A DNA stretch of 64,000 nt. Source: a virus. Lineage: Duplodnaviria; Caudoviricetes. Positions 58,262-64,000 of this stretch are shown piece by piece. The DNA lies in the IMG/VR virus record IMGVR_UViG_3300037692_000137, positions 128,001 through 192,000 of that record. One strand, 5' to 3'. The notes below the pieces were generated by a model. That model ran no database searches. It was not told the origin of the DNA and saw only the letters and a program-made list of their open reading frames with translations. A program made the position numbers and the translations under genes. Each line of letters begins with the position of its first letter. Positions within the stretch are counted from its first letter, which is position 1.

Positions 58262-59542
58262 TTAACATAATCTTTTATCTTGTAGTAAGTCTGCAAGCTC
58301 TATTAAGCCTCCCCTATGTGAATTAGGTAACTCAACATAAGCTAAACTTTTGTGTGGTAGTATCCTAAGTAATTTTAATAAACCAGACTCTGACGGTCTT
58401 ACAACATTATAAGTTTGCGCTAAGTCACCAAGTAGTATTAGTTTACTACCTTTATTAGCTCTTGATAGTATCATGCTCATGGTATCAATATCAATTAGTT
58501 GACACTCATCACAAATCATTATGTCTGACTCTAATATACTCATGCCCTGAATAACATTTATTGGAACAACCTCAAATTTATCCTGAAAGTATCTGTCCTT
58601 AACAATGTCATATTTAATACTACCTTGGTCTTTACTGGAACCTTGACTTCTGGTGTTAGCGTATAGGTAGTACAACGCGCTTAGTATGCCAGCAAACCAT
58701 GCTTCCATTTTTGCTTGTTTGTCGCCGGGCAAGAAGCCTATGTCATATTTATGACTTATACCAATTGGGGGTCTTGTAATAAATACTTTGTTATCACTGT
58801 TGCACGATAAAGCGTAAGCTGTGCTTAGTAACGTTTTACCAGTCCCCCACTTACCTGTTATTAAAACACCATCTGCCTCAGTCATTGCATATATAGCACA
58901 TATCTGGTATATATCCAAAGCCTTAAGTTTATTACCTTCTACATTGACAGTTCTATACTCAGGAACATTATCTATGCGTGATACTGTAAGGTCAATAGGG
59001 TTGGTGGCATATACATAGGCGTTATTTAATATAATAAATTTCCAGCACTCTTTGTCTATGTCTAATTTTAGTAGTTTATTAAAATCATCTAAGCTGTAAT
59101 TTTGTAGATAATTAAACTCCTCTGGTAAATCTTTAATATCTAAATATATGTATGGTTTAAATATACCATTTGGAACAACGTCATAGAGTACTGTGGCTAC
59201 TCCCTTAGTGTTAGCTATTACTGACATAGATAAGTCTTTTGTAGCTAAGTCAGCTTTATTTTTTAAAGCGGCGTCAATTATTAAGGTATCGTTAGTCTTT
59301 AACTCATTATCGTCAGCCGACAAAATTAATCTGTCGGGGTAAGCGTCTCTAAAAGCAATTATCTCATAAATGGCTGTTCTGGCACTGTAAGATAAATCAG
59401 GATTGAATTTATGTTTATCCAATTCCTTTAACACTGTTAATGGGACTATTATTTTTTCATACTTAGTCAGGGATTTAAATAATATTTTAGGGTCGTCTAA
59501 TAATATGTTGGTGTCAATTAAAATGTTTTTATTTTTTAACAT
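58262..59542 (-). CDS. phoH: PhoH-family ATPase with N-terminal PIN domain (426 aa)
   Basis: IDTNILL...ELD..K PIN; GKWGTGKT; RP...IGFLPGD; DECQ; RANKGSKLILLGD..Q. Confidence 0.9.
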   Translation of the reverse strand: MLKNKNILIDTNILLDDPKILFKSLTKYEKIIVPLTVLKELDKHKFNPDLSYSARTAIYEIIAFRDAYPDRLILSADDNELKTNDTLIIDAALKNKADLATKDLSMSVIANTKGVATVLYDVVPNGIFKPYIYLDIKDLPEEFNYLQNYSLDDFNKLLKLDIDKECWKFIILNNAYVYATNPIDLTVSRIDNVPEYRTVNVEGNKLKALDIYQICAIYAMTEADGVLITGKWGTGKTLLSTAYALSCNSDNKVFITRPPIGISHKYDIGFLPGDKQAKMEAWFAGILSALYYLYANTRSQGSSKDQGSIKYDIVKDRYFQDKFEVVPINVIQGMSILESDIMICDECQLIDIDTMSMILSRANKGSKLILLGDLAQTYNVVRPSESGLLKLLRILPHKSLAYVELPNSHRGGLIELADLLQDKRLC

Positions 59543-59559
59543 ATATTGTGTATATCTCC

Positions 59560-60123
59560 TTATATATTTTTAGTTAATTCTACATAAAATACAGAAAACG
59601 TAAGTAGTTCCACTACTTTAGTGTTTATGTCATCTAGCTCCCTGTTGATGTTATTAATAATATATGACGTATCTTTTAAATGCCATTTAACAAAGTCATA
59701 TGGTGTAAGTGGGTTAATTAAACTAAGAGTTTCGTGCAGTCTATTTACCATTTTTATAGTAAACGCTTCTTGACTAATAGTGTTTAAATATTTGACTAAC
59801 TGTGTTTTTTTATTTACAATATTGTCGTCTTTAAGAAGGAGGGTTAATTCCAGAACAAGATTGGTTATCTTATTACCAAATAAATTCTGTATATCTTGTA
59901 CTTCTACCCCATCGTAGGTCAGTATATTTTGTAATATAGCGGCAGCTACTATATACTCATCTTCTACAAATCTAGCTAATAAACAAGCCACATATTCTGG
60001 ATGCACTAATTTAGAGTTGGATGTAGTTGTTCTTTCCTGACTTACTTTTGAAAAAAGTAAATAAGCATCTCTAATTGTAGAGGATACTTCTAAATCATTT
60101 AGTTCATTCATAATTATCACCAT
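59560..60123 (-). CDS. SpoT/Mesh1-like HD-fold protein with degenerate active site (187 aa)
   Basis: HP..VA.LL...AAILQNILTY...FG..I..LV.ELT...KMVNRLHE aligns to (p)ppGpp hydrolases, but HD>QN, ED>TY, D>N, N>E. Confidence 0.7.
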   Translation of the reverse strand: MVIIMNELNDLEVSSTIRDAYLLFSKVSQERTTTSNSKLVHPEYVACLLARFVEDEYIVAAAILQNILTYDGVEVQDIQNLFGNKITNLVLELTLLLKDDNIVNKKTQLVKYLNTISQEAFTIKMVNRLHETLSLINPLTPYDFVKWHLKDTSYIINNINRELDDINTKVVELLTFSVFYVELTKNI

Positions 60124-60185
60124 TAAATAATGAAGTTCTTTAATACCTTGTATATCTATACAATGGTTAGATTAATATAAACAAA

Positions 60186-60590
60186 CTATTTACTTGTGTA
60201 GGCAAAATTGTTGACTATATTAGGTAGAGTTATACTTTTAACTGCTGATGGCATCTCATAGGTGGGCTCCGCAGCCCCCTCGGCATTTAATTCAATAGCC
60301 GATATGACAAAGTAAGTAATTGTTTTTAATTCAACGTTAGGACAAATTATTGTAGTTGCATTTTTATCTACTACATTACAAGCTAGCCTTTTGTCTAACA
60401 TGTCTGGATAATAGGAACAGTATAAGTTATATCCTAGCGTACTTTCGGTATTATTATTATATGACCACGTAGCAGTTACTCCTTTTTTAATAGCGCCAGT
60501 TGGCGTAGAGTAACACATAGCAAGTGTAAATAAAAGCATGGACATTAAAATTTTCATACTATTAGCAGTCCACGTATAAGACTTTTTCAT
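60186..60590 (-). CDS. Exported fibronectin-III-like protein (134 aa)
   Basis: Hydrophobic signal then W...GYNLY...TYFVISA...G. Confidence 0.5.
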   Translation of the reverse strand: MKKSYTWTANSMKILMSMLLFTLAMCYSTPTGAIKKGVTATWSYNNNTESTLGYNLYCSYYPDMLDKRLACNVVDKNATTIICPNVELKTITYFVISAIELNAEGAAEPTYEMPSAVKSITLPNIVNNFAYTSK

Positions 60591-60849
60591 AACCTTGTTT
60601 ACCTATACTATATAAAACATGCGCATCTATGGGTAGTAACATTCTTATATACTTTACGTGGTTATCAATGTTAACAGTCCATTCACTAACTGTGGCTTTA
60701 ACTATATCTATGTTATTGTGTTCTAATAAGGTACACAGCATAGGTCCAGCTTCTTTTCTACATGCGCATGAGTCAAACACCAGGTAAAATATACTCTGTT
60801 TATCGAAAGCTATGTCTAGTATAATCGGGTATAAAGCTGATTGAGTCAT
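60562..60849 (-). CDS. Hypothetical protein (95 aa)
   Basis: Packed ORF. Confidence 0.45.
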   Translation of the reverse strand: MTQSALYPIILDIAFDKQSIFYLVFDSCACRKEAGPMLCTLLEHNNIDIVKATVSEWTVNIDNHVKYIRMLLPIDAHVLYSIGKQGYEKVLYVDC

Positions 60850-60860
60850 TGTTATTGCCT

Positions 60861-61340
60861 TTATAGTACAGCGTATATTATTAACGGTTCTACAACTATG
60901 TATTTAGTAGAGTCATCATAACCAAAAGCTAGTTTACCTGATTTATCTGGGGTAGCTCTAAATTCAATGGTGGCTACACCATTTACAAACGCTACTTCTA
61001 AAGCACCGTAACCTTGTATTACCGCATAGTCCAGTACATTAACCCCAGTAAGTACATTACCAGTCATATCTTTGAGTGTAGCAGTAACAACAGCTGTATC
61101 ATAACCGTCGGCTTTTATTGTGGTTTTATCTGCAGTAACATAAAGATAAGGCTTAGTAGATACAAACACAGAACTTTCTTTAAATGTGGTTCCATCATAT
61201 AACCACCCTACCTTTGGTTCTGGTATTACTACTGCTGTTTTAGGAATTAACGCTGATTTAGCAGAGTCAAGCGTCATTATATTTACTACAATACCGTTCT
61301 CTATAATAGCATATCTGTTTATGCTCATATAATTCTCCAA
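60861..61340 (-). CDS. Fibre-associated small domain fused to an Ig-like (Big-1) domain (159 aa)
   Basis: YAIIENGIVVNI...VGWLYDGTTF; TADKTTIKADGYDTAVVTATLKD..GN...NGVAT. Confidence 0.6.
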   Translation of the reverse strand: MENYMSINRYAIIENGIVVNIMTLDSAKSALIPKTAVVIPEPKVGWLYDGTTFKESSVFVSTKPYLYVTADKTTIKADGYDTAVVTATLKDMTGNVLTGVNVLDYAVIQGYGALEVAFVNGVATIEFRATPDKSGKLAFGYDDSTKYIVVEPLIIYAVL

Positions 61341-61360
61341 GTAGTTTGTTTATTAATATA

Positions 61361-61606
61361 TTATAAAATGGCTTCGTTAGTAATAAGTGCTTTTATATGC
61401 ACCTGATTACTATTTATATCAACTACTTTTCCGAAGGCCTCACAAGCTTGGTTGTAACATGTGAATAGAACAACCATTTCATTAACTCCCCCTGCCCTAA
61501 AAAATTGACCTATAGGTTCTAAGCTGGTTTCTCCACAACACTCACAATAATGCTTGCTACTATTACACATACCTTTATTCATACAGTTCTGACAACTTAA
61601 GTTCAT
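61361..61606 (-). CDS. Cys-rich hypothetical protein (81 aa)
   Basis: CQNC...CECC...C...C. Confidence 0.5.
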   Translation of the reverse strand: MNLSCQNCMNKGMCNSSKHYCECCGETSLEPIGQFFRAGGVNEMVVLFTCYNQACEAFGKVVDINSNQVHIKALITNEAIL

Positions 61607-61628
61607 TTATAGTCCTCCTTTAAAACAA

Positions 61629-62480
61629 TTAAAACATTACAAGCGATTTTAGTATATCTAATAATGTCATTTTTTCATTTAGTCCTATAGCTTTTAGGTA
61701 AACTTCTCCAACAATCCAGCGTTCTTTTGAATAAAGCCTATCTTTATATAGTATTTTAACAAATACAATATTATCTGGGTATATCCTTACTATGTATATA
61801 TCACCGTCATTTAGTACGGTGCGCTCAATAAATGTGGTTTTACTTACTACATCACTTTGTTTAAAGCTTTTAAATGTTTTTTCACAATAAGCTATTTTCT
61901 CTTGTTCAAATTTAAGATGTTGTTTGTAACTAAAATATTTAGCTGTTGTATTGGTTGTTGTAGGTAATATAAGTATAAAGCTTATTATAGCTATCCAACC
62001 TTTAAAAGAAAGCCCTAAAATCCACCGTTTAATTCTATGTAAAACACGTTTATCACTAAGTTTAGCTACATTAGCAGTTGGTATAATTATGTTGTCAGGA
62101 GATATTTCACCTCTTAAATGTTTGTTGGCTATGACTATAAACGCCTTAGCATCAGGTGGCTTTACCATAACCATTTCTCTAGGTACCTTATGAAACTCTA
62201 CTAACTCTTTTACTACCTCTTCTGGTAAATTTCTAGATAATATTAGACATTTATCTGGATCAGCCCCTCCCCTACCAACAAGTTCTAAGCCACTCTCTCT
62301 ATTTTCTAGTATTGTGTCAATGATATACAAATCATAGTCATACCGCATCATACGTTCTCGGGCTTCTTTTAAACTACTAACTGAATGCACTACACAGTCG
62401 TATGGCGCCAGTAATCCTTTGTATAGTTGTATCATAGCTAAACTTTCTTCAGCTACCAGCACTGCCCTTTTATTGGCCAT
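61629..62480 (-). CDS. Response-regulator receiver fused to a TM helix and an extracytoplasmic domain (283 aa)
   Basis: VLVAEE, DLYIID (phospho-acceptor), ILS, VKP; TM WIAIISFILILP. Confidence 0.75.
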   Translation of the reverse strand: MANKRAVLVAEESLAMIQLYKGLLAPYDCVVHSVSSLKEARERMMRYDYDLYIIDTILENRESGLELVGRGGADPDKCLILSRNLPEEVVKELVEFHKVPREMVMVKPPDAKAFIVIANKHLRGEISPDNIIIPTANVAKLSDKRVLHRIKRWILGLSFKGWIAIISFILILPTTTNTTAKYFSYKQHLKFEQEKIAYCEKTFKSFKQSDVVSKTTFIERTVLNDGDIYIVRIYPDNIVFVKILYKDRLYSKERWIVGEVYLKAIGLNEKMTLLDILKSLVMF

Positions 62481-62493
62481 AGTTATAACCCCG

Positions 62494-63570
62494 TTATTTA
62501 AATATAATATCTAAATCATAATTACAGGCTTTTATAACTGCCAAGCAAGCCTCCACCACTTTATCGTCATACAATTTTCCAGAGCCCTTAGTTATCTCCT
62601 CCATAGCCACATTAATACCTAGAGACGCCCTATAAGGTCTATGCGATGCCATAGCTTCTACTGTATCTGCTACACCTAGTATCCTAGATTCTATAGATAT
62701 CTGATCCCCTCTTAAACCATTTGGATATCCAGATCCGTCTAGTCTTTCATGATGCTGTAATACCATTCTAGCTATTGGTGCTTCAAAAGGAATGTCACTA
62801 ATTATATTGTATCCTTCTATAACATGTTTTTTTAATAATTTAAACTCTGTCTCATTCAATTTGGTTGGTTTAACCAGTAGCTCTTGTGGCACATAAAACT
62901 TTCCTATGTCATGCAACATGCCAGCCAACTTTATATTTTCTATTTGTGTTTCATCTAAACCATAATACTCAGAAATTTTTACGGCCAGGGCTGTAACACG
63001 CTTTTGATGACCGGCCGTATATGGATCTCGTATCTCCATAGTTTTTGATAAGGCCTCTACAGTTTTATATAAAATACTACTTAAGTCTTTATTGGCCACT
63101 GCTAATTTTTCATTTGTTGCTGCTAAATTATCTGTTCTTTCTTTAACAAGCTTTTCTAGTTGTTGTTGATACATTTGGTTATCTCTAACCAAGTCATGTT
63201 TCTCTAAACACTGGGTTACAGAATGCTTTAATATTTCTAACGTTATTGGCTTAGTTATAAAGTCACAGGCACCTTTTCTCAGGGCCTCCACCACGAATTC
63301 ATTACATGTATTACCTGTTATTATAATAATCTGTGATGGAGGGTACAATGCTTTAATTTTATCCATTAAGTCTAGGCCCATAGCATCAGGAAGACCTATG
63401 TCTAATAGCACTATTGGTGGAGAGTACTTTTTAAACGCAACTATACCGTCCACCCCTTTAGTAGCATTAATTATATTATCGAACCCAATTACAGATAACA
63501 TTGTACTTATAACAGATAATATAGACTGGTCGTCGTCTATTACAAGTATAGGTTCTTTTATTCTTGTCAT
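62494..63570 (-). CDS. REC-HD-GYP cyclic di-nucleotide phosphodiesterase (RpfG-like) (358 aa)
   Basis: ILVIDDD, LLDIGLP, IITG, KP receiver; RDPYTAGH..RV, LHDIGK, HHERLDGSGYP.GL, VADTVEAM...RPYR. Confidence 0.92.
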   Translation of the reverse strand: MTRIKEPILVIDDDQSILSVISTMLSVIGFDNIINATKGVDGIVAFKKYSPPIVLLDIGLPDAMGLDLMDKIKALYPPSQIIIITGNTCNEFVVEALRKGACDFITKPITLEILKHSVTQCLEKHDLVRDNQMYQQQLEKLVKERTDNLAATNEKLAVANKDLSSILYKTVEALSKTMEIRDPYTAGHQKRVTALAVKISEYYGLDETQIENIKLAGMLHDIGKFYVPQELLVKPTKLNETEFKLLKKHVIEGYNIISDIPFEAPIARMVLQHHERLDGSGYPNGLRGDQISIESRILGVADTVEAMASHRPYRASLGINVAMEEITKGSGKLYDDKVVEACLAVIKACNYDLDIIFK

Positions 63571-63603
63571 TTAAAGTCTCCAAAAAATCTGTAGAGTGTT
63601 TAC

Positions 63604-63918
63604 TTACGGAGTAGTTAGTATAGACAATAACGTATCAATTTGTTCTATACTTAAACCTAATTTTATAGCTAGATCTGCTTTTGCTTCTAGCTTACTATCT
63701 TCTGTTACAGTACCGACCAGTAATAACTCATATACGGTAGGTGGTGACGGCACCGGATCTAAAGCGTTATGTGCTTCTTCTTCTGTATCAAACCAATACC
63801 ACCCGTCCATAGGGTAAGTATATGTTTCATGCAAGTCCGCGCGTAGTGTAAAAGTGGGGGCATACACAAAGTTGTCTGCTACTAATAGTATTTGGCTATC
63901 CATTTTATAGAACGACAT
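63604..63918 (-). CDS. Fibre-associated hypothetical protein (104 aa)
   Basis: L..A.NFVYAP...TYPMDGWYWFD.EEEA; follows the fibre fragment; AAGGAG RBS. Confidence 0.55.
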   Translation of the reverse strand: MSFYKMDSQILLVADNFVYAPTFTLRADLHETYTYPMDGWYWFDTEEEAHNALDPVPSPPTVYELLLVGTVTEDSKLEAKADLAIKLGLSIEQIDTLLSILTTP

Positions 63919-63928
63919 AATAATCTCC

Positions 63929-64000
63929 TTATGATCCTGCTACTGTCCAACCTTTTGCAGTAGCTATAGATGGGGTATCTAAAGGTATACCGTGGTTCCC
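63929..64000 (-). CDS. C-terminal fragment of a probable tail fibre/LRR-type virion protein
   Basis: ...GNHGIPLDTPSIATAKGWTVAGS stop; IATAKGWTV is a common ending of phage LRR-like fibre proteins. Confidence 0.45.
   Translation of the reverse strand, partial: GNHGIPLDTPSIATAKGWTVAGS

Noticed and set aside
58262-63570. Prophage-host junction (bacterial-looking phoH, HD, REC genes)
   Set aside because: Same strand, packing and base composition as the phage genes, phage fibre genes resume at 63604-64000, and no integrase or att site was seen.

Overview
64 kb AT-rich window from a large tailed dsDNA phage, probably a long-tailed siphovirus-like phage of a Gram-negative host (inference). All convincing genes lie on the minus strand. 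In transcription order (right to left): a tail-fibre fragment and an accessory/signalling cluster (REC-HD-GYP, REC-TM, degenerate SpoT-like HD, PIN-PhoH); an HTH protein followed by iteron-like repeats; a clpP / coiled-coil / actin-like ATPase operon; endolysin; a cold-shock gene split by a 264-nt group I intron; dNMP kinase and an HD protein; terminase; holin and a possible spanin; portal, protease, scaffold, decoration and major capsid genes; accessory virion proteins (including a GH135-like TIM barrel and a permuted papain amidase); head-tail joining genes with three free-standing homing endonucleases; major tail protein; two paralogous tail chaperones; and a giant tape-measure ORF (15141 to beyond base 1, at least 5047 codons) that the ORF track misses. 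By manual translation this tape measure protein carries a single-chain two-barrel RNA polymerase (beta-like FED, K-x7-K and R motifs, the beta'-like DFDGD catalytic loop, a Q-x2-M-x3-H trigger loop), then a Cas4/RecB-like PD-(D/E)xK nuclease, then the TP901-type tape-measure core. Family assignments come from motif recognition only; no searches were run.
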